A stretch of DNA of 64,000 nt from Desulfosudaceae bacterium (GTDB taxonomy: Bacteria > Desulfobacterota > Desulfobacteria > Desulfobacterales > Desulfosudaceae). How positions within the stretch are numbered: the stretch's first letter is position 1; each line of letters opens with the position of its first letter. Below, in pieces: positions 46,346 through 56,736 of the stretch. The notes below the pieces were generated by a model that saw only the letters and a program-made list of their open reading frames with translations, searched no databases and had not been told where the DNA came from. The stretch covers positions 992,001 to 1,056,000 of the forward strand of contig CAXXDV010000003.1 of NCBI GenBank assembly GCA_963674745.2, given 5' to 3'. The position numbers and the translations under genes were made by a program.

Positions 46346-49048
46346 TTATGATGCCTCTGGCAAACAGTCCGCTTTATCATCACATTCCAATACCAATTCA
46401 TATGTATCCGATCCCGGTACCCGCTGGACGACAAACCCCAACTTCCTACCCAGGGCCATCATTTTGGTGTTGTCCGCCAGCACGAGACCTTTTATCCTTT
46501 CAAAACGGTAAGGCCGGGATACTTCCAGGCAACGCTTCATCAATGCTGCGCCGATTCCTTTGCCGTGGTGCTCATCAGCTACCAGTACTGCAAACTCAGC
46601 CTGTTTCCGGTTGTGTTCCGGGATAACCCTGGCGACACCAAGCAATCGATCCCGGTTGTCCTGTTGCACCACTGCGACCAGAGCGATTTCCCGGTCATAA
46701 TCGATCTGGGTGAATCTGGCCAGCATGTGGTGCGGCAATGTTTTTAGCGGTGAAAAGAACCGGAAATAAATACTCTGTGGTGAAAGTGTGTTAAAAAGTT
46801 CCACCACCAGTGGGGCGTCTTCCGGACGAATGGGCCGAATCAGCAGGTCGCCGATATCAATAAGATTGAGCCGCTGCTCATATCGATTCGGGTAGGGACT
46901 GATCACCAGGTGAAATGGTGCTTTTTCTGTTGAAGAAGAGACCATGATCCGGGCATCCAGGGCAACAGGTGCCTGGTTGACGATAAACAGGGGGTTGATA
47001 TCTATGGCTTCAATTTCCGGAAAATCAATAACCAGCTGAGAAAGACGAATCATCAGTTCTTCCAGCAGGGTGAGATCAGCCGGTGGCCGCCCGCGGTATC
47101 CTTTGAGGATTCCATAAACTTTTGTTTCTTCCATCATGCGCCGGGCCAGTAAACGGTTCAGCGGGGGCAGGGCCAGGGCCTTGTCCTTGTAAATTTCGGT
47201 AAAAATACCGCCCATGCCGAACAATAGCACCGGACCGAAATCTTTGTCTTTCTTGGCCCCGGCAATCAGTTCATAGTCCGGTGAGGGGATATTCTTCTGA
47301 ATCGTAACACCGGTTATCGTCGCCTCAGGATTATACACCCGGCAATTTTCCATGATCTGTTTGTATGCCGACCGCACTTTTTGGGGTGAATCAATATTCA
47401 GAATGACGCCGCCGGCATCGGTTTTATGGGTAATGTCAGGGGAAAAAATTTTCATAACCACCGGAAAGCCGATCTCTTCGGCACGGGAAACGGCATCTGC
47501 TTCATCCACGGCTGCAACCGTCCGGTTGATGCTAATACCATAAGCCGAGAGCATGTCCTTGGCATCAATTTCATTCAGTATACCCGTCGGCTGGCGTAAC
47601 CCTTTTTGAATCAGCGATTCGACCCTTTCTCTGTCAAACTTCAATCGTTTGGGCAGGGCCGGGGGGATCTGCTGGAGCATTTCGATGTTTTTGGAATAAT
47701 GGTATAAATCCATAAAAGCACGGACCGCCCGCTCCGGTGTGTCAAAAGTGCTGATACCGGCCCGATTGAAAAGGTCTCGTCCAGCCTCTACTTCCGCCCC
47801 GCCCATCCAGGCGGTGAAAACCGGCAAATTTCGACCCTGCAAGGTGTCGATCAGCTTTTTTGCAACTTCCGTGGGTTGCGACATGGCCTGGGGCGAGAAC
47901 ATGATCAGCAGCCCGTTGACTTCTCTGGCTTTTACCAGAATATCGACAACCTGCCGGAATTTTTCAGGCGAGGCGTCACCCAGGATGTCAACCGGGTTGG
48001 ACCGGCTCCAGTGAGGCGGCAGAAGTGCGTCCAGTTGCTGCAGGGTATCCGGCTGCAATTTTACCGGCTCAACACCGTAGTCGGTCATGGAATCTGCCGC
48101 CATGACACCCGGTCCGCCGGCGTTGGTCACAATGGCCAGCCCGGGCCCCTGAATCTGCGGCTGTTTGGCCAGCAATTCAGCACAATCAAATAGTTCCTGA
48201 AACGTTTTGACCCGGATGATACCGGCCCGTTTGAGTGCGACGTCGTAAACCGCGTCCTCGCTGGCCAGGGCGCCTGTGTGTGAGGCCGCGGCCATGGCCC
48301 CGGCTTTTGTTCGACCGGACTTTAAGGCAATGATCGGTTTGACCCGGGAGACCCCCCGGGCGGCACTCATAAAATTTCTGACATGGGTCAGGTTTTCAAT
48401 ATACATGACGATGCTGCTGACCTCGGGGTCTGCGCCTAAATAGTCGATCACATCCCCGAAGTCCACGTCCAGCATTGATCCGAGGCTGACAAAATAACTG
48501 AAACCGATGTGTTCTTTAAGGGAGAAATCCAGGATGGAAGTGCAGATGGCGCCGCTTTGAGAGATAAAGGCCATTTTGCCCTGTTTGGGCATCTGGTTCG
48601 CAAAACTGGCGTTTAAACCGTTTTTTACCGACATGATGCCAAGGCAATTCGGTCCGATAACCCGAAATTGATCAGAAGTGCCGGCGGATTCAATTATGGC
48701 CGCTTCAATCTCCGCCCCGGCCGTCCCGACTTCCTTGCCACCGGCTGAAATTACGACGGCACCACCGCAACCCGATTCCCGGCACTGTTTGACAATTGCC
48801 GGAACCGTTCTGATGGGCGTGGCAATAACAACAAGATCCGCGGGCTGCGGCAGTTGCTCGATCGACTTGTAGCTTTTCCGGTCCCACAGCTTTCGATGGC
48901 CGGGGTTGATCGGGTAAATGGTTCCGGGAAAACCGCCCATAACCAGGTTTCTCATCACGGCCGTTCCGATACTGTCCTGCTTTTCACTGGCGCCCACGAC
49001 AGCTACGGAACCCGGGTTGAAAATTTTTTCCAGATGATAAATGCTCAT
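46346..49048 (-). CDS. Acetate-CoA ligase-like/GNAT fusion (Pat/YfiQ-type protein lysine acetyltransferase)
   Basis: CoA-binding VVGAS, IGPNCLG, SQSGA, SHTGALA, ATP-grasp HKTDAGGV, C-terminal GNAT FTQIDYDRE..HGKGIG. Confidence 0.93.
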   Translation of the reverse strand: MSIYHLEKIFNPGSVAVVGASEKQDSIGTAVMRNLVMGGFPGTIYPINPGHRKLWDRKSYKSIEQLPQPADLVVIATPIRTVPAIVKQCRESGCGGAVVISAGGKEVGTAGAEIEAAIIESAGTSDQFRVIGPNCLGIMSVKNGLNASFANQMPKQGKMAFISQSGAICTSILDFSLKEHIGFSYFVSLGSMLDVDFGDVIDYLGADPEVSSIVMYIENLTHVRNFMSAARGVSRVKPIIALKSGRTKAGAMAAASHTGALASEDAVYDVALKRAGIIRVKTFQELFDCAELLAKQPQIQGPGLAIVTNAGGPGVMAADSMTDYGVEPVKLQPDTLQQLDALLPPHWSRSNPVDILGDASPEKFRQVVDILVKAREVNGLLIMFSPQAMSQPTEVAKKLIDTLQGRNLPVFTAWMGGAEVEAGRDLFNRAGISTFDTPERAVRAFMDLYHYSKNIEMLQQIPPALPKRLKFDRERVESLIQKGLRQPTGILNEIDAKDMLSAYGISINRTVAAVDEADAVSRAEEIGFPVVMKIFSPDITHKTDAGGVILNIDSPQKVRSAYKQIMENCRVYNPEATITGVTIQKNIPSPDYELIAGAKKDKDFGPVLLFGMGGIFTEIYKDKALALPPLNRLLARRMMEETKVYGILKGYRGRPPADLTLLEELMIRLSQLVIDFPEIEAIDINPLFIVNQAPVALDARIMVSSSTEKAPFHLVISPYPNRYEQRLNLIDIGDLLIRPIRPEDAPLVVELFNTLSPQSIYFRFFSPLKTLPHHMLARFTQIDYDREIALVAVVQQDNRDRLLGVARVIPEHNRKQAEFAVLVADEHHGKGIGAALMKRCLEVSRPYRFERIKGLVLADNTKMMALGRKLGFVVQRVPGSDTYELVLECDDKADCLPEAS

Positions 49049-49082
49049 GTCTTATCCTGATGTTTTATGAAATATTTTCGGG

Positions 49083-50006
49083 CTAAACGACCCATACGGT
49101 AAAATCCCTGCCGCTGTGAATCACCTTGTAACTGACCCGACCCATGAAGAAGTCCTGTACACGGGAAATACCTTTGCGACCGATAACGATGGTGCCAAAC
49201 TCTCCGGATTCAGCTTCCCGGACGATCTCTTCGGCCCGGCTTTCCACACCGTTTAAAACCTTGCCTGATACCTTCTCTTCATCAAAGCCGGCTTTGATGA
49301 GTTTTTTCTTCAGCTCTTCAATCTTACGCATGACTTCTTCCTGAATCAGCGTCATGACTTCGGCCGGCATATAGTCCGGACTTACCGGGTTCAGTGCGCC
49401 TCCGCAGCGAATAGCGTGAAACAGTTCAGCGGAATAATCATACTGGCCGAAATATTTGCCGATAAAATTAACGGCCTGGGCAGATGAGGGTGACCCGTCA
49501 ACCGCGATCAGGACTTTGTTGTTATGTGGTCGCCTGCCGGCAAGAAGAATAGGGACGTCCGGAAATTTGGATAATAATTTGCTTGAAACACTTCCCAGGG
49601 TGATGCTTTTGATTGTGCCCATACCCCGTCGTCTCAGAATGACAGCATCATACCCCCCGGCTGCTTCGTCCAGTATATCCCGGGCGATACCTTTTTCCCG
49701 TTTGTGAATTTTAATCTTAATGTCTTTTTCAGAAAAACCGGCTTCAACCAGTCTGGATTTGGCTTCCTGCATGAAGGCCTCAATGGCTTCCAGTTTTTCT
49801 TTTTTCCAGGCCTCGAATCCTTTTAAGGCGTTCGGACGTGTCGGATCATTGTCCATATCCCAGTAGCATTCGGGTATTTCGCTGTATACGTGGTAAAGTA
49901 CGATTTTGTTTCTTTTGAATGTTTCCACGTCAGTGATATACCCGATCGTAAGTTTGGATCGATCGGAACCATCGATTAACACCAGAATTTTTTTGTTTTT
50001 ACCCAT
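49083..50006 (-). CDS. Tandem-domain universal stress protein
   Basis: ILVLIDGS..LGSVSSK and VLIAVDGS..GRKG..MGRVSYK. Confidence 0.92.
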   Translation of the reverse strand: MGKNKKILVLIDGSDRSKLTIGYITDVETFKRNKIVLYHVYSEIPECYWDMDNDPTRPNALKGFEAWKKEKLEAIEAFMQEAKSRLVEAGFSEKDIKIKIHKREKGIARDILDEAAGGYDAVILRRRGMGTIKSITLGSVSSKLLSKFPDVPILLAGRRPHNNKVLIAVDGSPSSAQAVNFIGKYFGQYDYSAELFHAIRCGGALNPVSPDYMPAEVMTLIQEEVMRKIEELKKKLIKAGFDEEKVSGKVLNGVESRAEEIVREAESGEFGTIVIGRKGISRVQDFFMGRVSYKVIHSGRDFTVWVV

Positions 50007-50110
50007 GACTTTTCTCCTTGCCGGTTTGTTTTTGGCCTATTTTGCTGTTGCCGGTTTGACCTGAATCAACCGGATAAACGCTATTGCCGGATCAGTCGTA
50101 ATGCTCGGCA

Positions 50111-50440
50111 TCAATACGCATGAGGTTGACCGAACCCGCATTCACTATCCGGCATAACGTTAACCACCTCCTGATGCATTTTGTCCATAAAGCTTCCTGT
50201 GATTTTCAACTGGTGCGGACGCAGTCGGGATATTCTGATGTTTTTAGTAAACACCATACTTCCGAAAGCCGATATTGACGTCAGGCCACAGGTATGGACA
50301 AAAATACGTTTAAACCATCTTGCATTTTCCTGGATCATGTTGACCAGTTCCATGGCCGCACCACCGTCAAATTTACCAATCAGCTTCAGATGAAGGTTAT
50401 CGCTGTTTTGATGCCTGATGATTTTAAATTTTGAGGTCAT
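50111..50440 (-). CDS. Small STAS-like protein
   Basis: LHLKLIGKFDG..IFVHTCGLTSISAFG pattern; GGAGG RBS. Confidence 0.65.
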   Translation of the reverse strand: MTSKFKIIRHQNSDNLHLKLIGKFDGGAAMELVNMIQENARWFKRIFVHTCGLTSISAFGSMVFTKNIRISRLRPHQLKITGSFMDKMHQEVVNVMPDSECGFGQPHAY

Positions 50441-50505
50441 AAGATCCTCCCGGTAATGATTATATTCTCTTTTTTATCATTCAGTTTGTCGTTACATTAC
50501 TTAAT

Positions 50506-50522
50506 AGCAAATACAGTGCCAG
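50506..50522 (-). promoter_or_regulatory. sigma54 promoter
   Basis: CTGGCAC-TGTAT-TTGCT. Confidence 0.85.
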
Positions 50523-50875
50523 TGTTACGTTTACGGGTTTCATTCTAAACAAAATCGGGGTGGTTATAAGAATATTGTGTGATTAAGTGAGGTTACGTTA
50601 AAATTAAAAGTATATTCCGTTAATCTGATTTCCCTACGCCCCTCCTTCCGGTTATAAATCGTGTATGATGCTCTGAATAATCCGGGTTTGTGCTGAAAAT
50701 CTTTACAAGGTGGAAAGGATTTAAACCGTTTGATTCACAGGTTTTAGCGGCAGAAGAAAGGCTCGATCGAGCAGGGAAAGCAATCAAATTTTCAGAACAG
50801 GCATGACCGAAAATTATTAAAAAAAATGCCGCAGACCGTGCCGGATGAGGCGTGGCCTGCGGCGATCGGGCGTAT

Positions 50876-51808
50876 TTAAATGATCCACACGGCCATTTCT
50901 TTTCCCATGTGCAGTACTTTTCGACTGACCCGGCCCATGATAAATTCCTGAACCCGGGAAAGTCCGCGGCGACCCATGACAATGGTTCCATAACCGCCTT
51001 CACGTGCGGCCTGGATAATACCGCCAGCCCGACTGGCCTTGTCTTCCAGGATCTGTTTGTAAGTCCGACCGGGATGAAATCCGGCATCAATTAATTTCTG
51101 TTCGGCTTTCAGCATGGGGGGGTCAATCCCCTGGCGGGTTTCATCCAGCCACATTTTTTCTTCTTCTGTTCTGAAGACCGTCTGTTCATGAAGAAAGATG
51201 TTCAAAGACCGCACGACATGGCACAGCATGACGTCACGATTGTTTGAGGCCATTAAATCACAGACGGTATCAATGGCTTTAACGGCGCTTTCGGAGCTGT
51301 CAAAACCAATAAGAATTTTTTCGGTTTCCGGACATCCACCGACGACGGCTATGGGCGGGTGGTCGGCGTCGGACAGCAGTTTACTGGTGATGCTCCCCAG
51401 CACGACTTCCTGGATACGGCTGATACCGCACCGTCCGACGATCATGGCGTCATAACCGTTGCGGGATTCGGCCAGGATATCCCGTGCCACCCCCGTTTTT
51501 CGATGATGATAAGTGGATTTGACGGCTTCGGAGGCAAAACCTTCCCCTACAAGGATGGACTCGGCTGTTGCGAAAGTTTCATTGATATGCTTCTTAATGC
51601 TTGCGGCCCAGGCGCTGACAGAGGAAATTTTACTGCTGTAAGCGGCCTCTTTCCCCAGATCCAGAAAAGCTTCGGGAATATCGGTGGCCACGTGAAAAAG
51701 GTTGACCCGCGTGTTTTTTGCCGGAAAAAAGCGGCTGATGTACCGCACCGCGTCCATGGCCTGATCCGACCCGTCAAAGGCCATTAATATGTTCATTTTT
51801 TTACTCAT
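50876..51808 (-). CDS. Tandem-domain universal stress protein
   Basis: ILMAFDGS..LGSITSK and ILIGFDSS..MGRVSRK. Confidence 0.92.
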   Translation of the reverse strand: MSKKMNILMAFDGSDQAMDAVRYISRFFPAKNTRVNLFHVATDIPEAFLDLGKEAAYSSKISSVSAWAASIKKHINETFATAESILVGEGFASEAVKSTYHHRKTGVARDILAESRNGYDAMIVGRCGISRIQEVVLGSITSKLLSDADHPPIAVVGGCPETEKILIGFDSSESAVKAIDTVCDLMASNNRDVMLCHVVRSLNIFLHEQTVFRTEEEKMWLDETRQGIDPPMLKAEQKLIDAGFHPGRTYKQILEDKASRAGGIIQAAREGGYGTIVMGRRGLSRVQEFIMGRVSRKVLHMGKEMAVWII

Positions 51809-51859
51809 GAGAACGCCTCCTTATTTGTTGATACCGGTTTGTCGTTCAATACCTGCGGC

Positions 51860-52639
51860 CTATCTTTCAAGCCATGGCTGATAGTCGTTTTTACGGATAA
51901 TCTGTAACAGGACGTCGTTTTCATGTTCCATATAATCCTGAAGATCCTTGAAATCGAAATTGATCAGTTTTTTAACGCCTGACAGTACCTGCGGAGGGGA
52001 TGTTGCGTATTGCCCCGCCCGTTGCAAGGACACCTCCTCAAGTTGATCAGAGGGGACCACTTCATCAACCAGACCCAGCGTCAATGCCTCTTGAGCGGTT
52101 ATGTCATTGGCGTTCAGCATGATCTGATACGCTTTTTGCCTTCCCAGCATCCGGGGCAGAAAATAACCGCCCCCGCCCTTGGGGGCCATACCCAGTTCAA
52201 TGCAGGGGTTCTGGATAACCGCATTATCGGCCAGGATCCGGTAATCGCAGGCCAGCCCCATATTCAGGTAAGGCATGATCACATAGCCGCTGTTAACATA
52301 GATAACGAACTTATCCAGTTTAACGAGTTTCAACACAAGCTGATTAATAACGTTGTACATGCGGTGCGTGCGAATCATATCCGCCCCGCTGGCCCGCGCC
52401 CGTTTAAAAAAGTCAACAAACTCCTCGCGCCCTTTTGAATCAGGCGCCCCGGAAACGATCAGGACATGAATGTTCCGGCTTCTGCCAATCCGGTCCAGAT
52501 AGTCCAGAACCCGGTCCCGGTTTTCAAGATCGGTGGTACGCAGCAGAAAATCACGGTGAAATCGAAGCGTGGCGATATTATCCTTTAAAGTCGCCTGGAA
52601 CGATTCGTATGAAATATCAAACTCGGATTGATTCTTCAT
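51860..52639 (-). CDS. Enoyl-CoA hydratase/crotonase-fold protein, degenerate active site
   Basis: LACDYRI, LGMAPKGGGGYFLPRMLG, ITAQEALTLGLVDEVV. Confidence 0.85.
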   Translation of the reverse strand: MKNQSEFDISYESFQATLKDNIATLRFHRDFLLRTTDLENRDRVLDYLDRIGRSRNIHVLIVSGAPDSKGREEFVDFFKRARASGADMIRTHRMYNVINQLVLKLVKLDKFVIYVNSGYVIMPYLNMGLACDYRILADNAVIQNPCIELGMAPKGGGGYFLPRMLGRQKAYQIMLNANDITAQEALTLGLVDEVVPSDQLEEVSLQRAGQYATSPPQVLSGVKKLINFDFKDLQDYMEHENDVLLQIIRKNDYQPWLER

Positions 52640-52686
52640 GTCGACTCCTTGGCTCAATGATGGTTGCATCGGCTGATTATTGTCTG

Positions 52687-52703
52687 AGCAAGTGCCATGC
52701 CAA
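52687..52703 (-). promoter_or_regulatory. sigma54 promoter
   Basis: TTGGCAT-GGCAC-TTGCT. Confidence 0.85.
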
Positions 52704-53008
52704 AGGAAGTCGGTTGTGCCTGATTTATAATAGATTGAAAATATTGGAAATTATGATTTTTAAAAAAGTATGCCCCTGTCAGGCATGTTTGTAATTATGA
52801 CGAAGTGTAAAGAAATATGACGGGTGTGAATTTAATTAATTGGGTGCCACGGGCTAACCGGAGGTTGCCCGTGTTTCCCGTAGAAGTTTGATTGCTAATG
52901 AGGGGTATCCCCGCATTAGCGCTAGGTTGTTCTTCAGAATAAACGCTGAACATCGAACATCCAAACCTGTCCCCTTCATCCCTTTCATGTTAAAACAACT
53001 TAGCGGTT

Positions 53009-53151
53009 GTAGGGGCGGCCCCCTGTGGGTGCCCTTTAAGTGGGCGACCACAGGGGGCCTGCCCCTACATTGTTTATGCACGGTTACCACGGTCCGTAGG
53101 GGCCCCTCCTGTGGGTGCCCTTTAAGTGGGCGACCAGCCGGTCGCCCCTAC
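53009..53151. repeat. Two GTAG-type REP doublets
   Basis: gtaggggc...gcccctac at 53009-53068 and 53096-53151. Confidence 0.85.
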
Positions 53152-53180
53152 GCCTGTGCCCCCAAAGGCAATTCTTAAAG

Positions 53181-53621
53181 TCAGATGTTGCCCCCCCTGC
53201 GCAACAGACTCCTCTGCTCGGCTTTTCGGATCCGCTCGTCCTGCTCATCTTTTCGTTTACGCGCGCCTTCGAGTTTTTCCGTCATCTCCTTTGCATCGGC
53301 AGGCTTGAGCAGATAATCATAGGCGCCCAGCTTCATGCCTTCGACCGCGGTTTCAATGGCACCATGGCCGGTCAGCAGAATGACTTCCACGATGGGGCAG
53401 CGTTTTTTGATCTCTTTAAGGGTCTCAATCCCATCCATACCCGGCATTTTGATGTCCAGTACAACGACATCGACACTTTCCTTTTCCAGCGCCTGGAGGC
53501 ATTCCTGGCCGCTGTGGGCGGTCAACACATTATCGCCGCTTTCTTTCAATCGCAGCGAAAACATCTCCACAAAGTCTTTCTCATCATCCACAATCAGGAC
53601 CTTGGTCGGAATTTTAATCAT
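53181..53621 (-). CDS. Single-domain response regulator
   Basis: LIVDDE, LDIKMP, LTGHG, YLLKP. Confidence 0.93.
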   Translation of the reverse strand: MIKIPTKVLIVDDEKDFVEMFSLRLKESGDNVLTAHSGQECLQALEKESVDVVVLDIKMPGMDGIETLKEIKKRCPIVEVILLTGHGAIETAVEGMKLGAYDYLLKPADAKEMTEKLEGARKRKDEQDERIRKAEQRSLLRRGGNI

Positions 53622-54831
53622 TTGGACGGTCTCCTTTAATCCTGTTTAATATATCAGAACAAATATCTTTATTATCCGCCATGGATTCACAGGCCTCCCG
53701 GGTGCGGGGCAGGGTTACCCGGAAATCGGTCTCGCGGCCGATTTGACTGGATACCTCGATTTTCCCACCCAGACGACCGATAATACCGGATGTTACATAC
53801 AACCCCAATCCGGTACCCTTGCCCGGGGGTTTGGTCGTGAAAAACGGTTCAAAAATTTTTTCCAGATTTTCCCTGGGGATACCCGGCCCGGTATCTTTGA
53901 TCGACAGGGTGACCGTGGCATCCGTATGACTCAGGGAAATGGTTATGGTGCCCTCGGTTTCAATGGCCGCCATGGCGTTGGTGATCAGGTTGATCAGTAC
54001 CTGGCGAATGGCGTAGGGGTCACTCCAGATAATACCGTCGGCCCAGTCTGTTTCCTGTACAATTTCGATTTTCCGGTTGGCGGCTTCTTTACGCGCAAAG
54101 TTAACCGTATCCGACACCAGCGCTTTTAAATCGGTTTGCGTAAACATGGTCTCGGGCTGTCGAACAAAGCTCAGGAGTTGATGGGTAATGCGGCTGGCCC
54201 GGTCGATGGCGGATTCGATTTTTCCGATGGCGTTTTCTAAATCCGCTTTACGGGGCAGGGTGGTTTCTTCCATTTTGGAAAGTAACAACCGCACATATTC
54301 CGCGCTCTCCCTGATGATGGCCAGGGGATTGTCGATTTCATGGGCAATGCCTGTTGACAGAGTGCCCAGTGAGACCAGACGTTCGGTGGCCACCATTTGC
54401 TGCTCCATTCTGGCTTTGAATTCGGCTTCCTGTTTTTTCTCTTCTTCACGTCTTCTTTTTTCAACCGCCTGACCGATCTTTTTAACCAGGTGCTCAAATT
54501 CAACCGGTTTGGAAAGATAATCAAAAGCGCCATTTTTGATCCCGTCCACGCCGTCGGCCGTGCAGGCGTGGCCGGTGAGTAAGATAACCTCCGTGTCGGC
54601 ATGGTTTTGCCTGATCCATTCCAGTACTTCATGGCCGCTCATGCCCGGCATTTTTACATCCAGAATCACCACATCCATTGGCTCTGTTGCCATCTGTGCC
54701 CGGCATTCTTCACCGTTTTCGGCCTCGAGGACGGAAAACCCCCTTTTCATGAGCCGTTTTTTCAATGGTGCCCGGAAATCGGCTTCATCGTCCACCAGCA
54801 GCAGGCGTATCTTTTCCACGTATTCAGTCAT
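53614..54831 (-). CDS. Cytoplasmic hybrid REC-histidine kinase
   Basis: REC then [22 protein letters not shown]; start placed at MTEYVEK. Confidence 0.92.
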   Translation of the reverse strand: MTEYVEKIRLLLVDDEADFRAPLKKRLMKRGFSVLEAENGEECRAQMATEPMDVVILDVKMPGMSGHEVLEWIRQNHADTEVILLTGHACTADGVDGIKNGAFDYLSKPVEFEHLVKKIGQAVEKRRREEEKKQEAEFKARMEQQMVATERLVSLGTLSTGIAHEIDNPLAIIRESAEYVRLLLSKMEETTLPRKADLENAIGKIESAIDRASRITHQLLSFVRQPETMFTQTDLKALVSDTVNFARKEAANRKIEIVQETDWADGIIWSDPYAIRQVLINLITNAMAAIETEGTITISLSHTDATVTLSIKDTGPGIPRENLEKIFEPFFTTKPPGKGTGLGLYVTSGIIGRLGGKIEVSSQIGRETDFRVTLPRTREACESMADNKDICSDILNRIKGDRPND

Positions 54832-54834
54832 AGT

Positions 54835-55047
54835 TTCAAACCCAAACCTTCGAACCCTGACAAAAGGGCACGGCACGCCGTGCCCCTACAACATTTGCGA
54901 ACGACCGGTGAACCTCAAACCTCGAACCTCGCCATTTCCCCCGCGAAGCGGGCCACACCAGGTCTCACATTCCGTTCCCTTAACCACTTAATCACATAAT
55001 CACCTAACCACTTACCCTAAAACCCTAAAATTTTAAAACTTAAAACC
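54835..55047. repeat. Intergenic mosaic of heptamer/octamer repeats and a REP half
   Basis: gaacctc/aaacctc heptamers, gggcacggcacgccgtgcccctac (54866-54889), taaccact/taatcacc octamers. Confidence 0.7.
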
Positions 55048-55051
55048 TATC

Positions 55052-56632
55052 CTACACCAATCCCAGTATTTTCCACCATACGGCGGCCACCACTACCAGA
55101 ATACCCAGCAGCAGGGGCGTAGCCACCAGGCCGGCCTTGGTCAGGTCCGATGCCTTGAAATACCGGTAGCTGTAAGAAATCGCGTTGGGCGGGCAACCGA
55201 TTACCAGAAGCAGGGCAAAGGAAGTGGCCATTCCCAGTCCCAGGGCCAGGATGGTCGGGTCGATGCCTTCCATTTGCGCCATGGGGATGACAATGGGCAG
55301 GATCAGGGCGGCCGCGGCCACATTGGCCATGGCATTGGTCACCAGGGCGCCGAAAACACCCATGCCGACGAACAGCACCAGCCAGCCCTTCCCCTGGATT
55401 AGCGGGAAGAAGAGATTGGCGAAATAATCCGCGGCCCCGGAATATCCCATGGCCAGCCCGAGGGAGATACCGCCGCCGAAAATGAACAGGGCGGTTCCCC
55501 ATTCCAGGTTGTCGTTGATATGCTCCCATTTTAAAACACCGAACAGCACCAGCGCAGCCACGCCCAGCATACCCGTGATGGAATAATCAATACCGTGGAT
55601 TCCCTTGGTCAACCACAGGCAGAAGGTCAACCCGATGATGGCCAGGGTTTTGAGTTCGATTGGTGTCCAGGGGCCGACGGCCTCGTCAAAGGTCGGCAGT
55701 TTATATTTGGGATTAGGCCTGAATACCAGGTAAACAATACCGACCGCTGCCGGCACGGTGAGCAGTGCCGCAGGCATGGCATAAAGAATCCACTTGAAAA
55801 AGGTGATTTCCAGGCCGGTGTATTCTTTTAAAAATGCCGCAGAAACCATGCATCGTCCCCCGCCGATCAGCGTACCCATACCGCCGCAGGAACAGGCAAA
55901 CGGCAGTGACAGCATCATGAACTTGGCAGTATCGCTGTGGGGTTCGATCCCGGCCGCCCGCATCATGGGCAGCATGGTCACAATACCGATGGCGCAGGCT
56001 GCTGCGTCATGCATGACGCCCGACGCCCACCCCAATCCTATGGCTATAATAAATGTAAACCGCGTCACGTTATTCCCGGCTTTTTTGATGATAAAATAAC
56101 CCAGTCGTTTGGTCAAACCCGCCTCGTCAAGGGCAATGGCGAAAATCAGGCAACACATGATAAAGATGACCACCGGGTGCATATACGGTGCCCAGGCGTC
56201 TTTTGGGTCAGCGATGCCCATAACCACCAGAAACACGCCGATACAGATGGCCGTTATTTCCAGGGGGATCGGCTCTACCACAAACAGAAAAATCAGCACC
56301 ACCAGCACGGCCAGAAAACGTTTGGCGGTGGGGGACAAGCCATTGACATAATCGATGTTCACGTTCGCGCCGCTGATTTTTTTTGCCTGTTCCTTTAGAA
56401 AAAATCCCGTGGCTTCCGCAGCGCCCGGTGTTTTGGCCGTTAAAACATAGGACCCGTCTTTTGTTGACGGTTCTCCGGTCAATTGAAAGTGGGTATTAAC
56501 CGCCGCGTACAGGGTTTGCTGTGCGTCCCCTGAAATCTTAAACGTCGTCCCTTCCGGTCTGGGCAACATCAGCACAATAGCGCCCAGTAGAATCCCGATA
56601 CAGAGTTTGAATCCATTAGATTTGAAAAACAT
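55052..56632 (-). CDS. SLC13/DASS family permease
   Basis: VEPIPLEITA, GGMGTLIGGGR, LEWGTALFIFGGG, GCPPNAISY. Confidence 0.92.
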   Translation of the reverse strand: MFFKSNGFKLCIGILLGAIVLMLPRPEGTTFKISGDAQQTLYAAVNTHFQLTGEPSTKDGSYVLTAKTPGAAEATGFFLKEQAKKISGANVNIDYVNGLSPTAKRFLAVLVVLIFLFVVEPIPLEITAICIGVFLVVMGIADPKDAWAPYMHPVVIFIMCCLIFAIALDEAGLTKRLGYFIIKKAGNNVTRFTFIIAIGLGWASGVMHDAAACAIGIVTMLPMMRAAGIEPHSDTAKFMMLSLPFACSCGGMGTLIGGGRCMVSAAFLKEYTGLEITFFKWILYAMPAALLTVPAAVGIVYLVFRPNPKYKLPTFDEAVGPWTPIELKTLAIIGLTFCLWLTKGIHGIDYSITGMLGVAALVLFGVLKWEHINDNLEWGTALFIFGGGISLGLAMGYSGAADYFANLFFPLIQGKGWLVLFVGMGVFGALVTNAMANVAAAALILPIVIPMAQMEGIDPTILALGLGMATSFALLLVIGCPPNAISYSYRYFKASDLTKAGLVATPLLLGILVVVAAVWWKILGLV

Positions 56633-56673
56633 GTCTGCTCCTTAATAATTATTAAAAGCCGAAAGAGGCTTTT

Positions 56674-56707
56674 GATGGCTTCGTAAAGATATTTTTACTT
56701 TGCCATC
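56674..56707. repeat. GATGGCTTCGTAAA hairpin repeat, copy 1
   Basis: gatggc-ttc-gtaaa..tttac-ttt-gccatc; second copy at 57703-57738. Confidence 0.75.
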
Positions 56708-56736
56708 CATATTTTGTAAGAGGCCATCTTTTTGGT

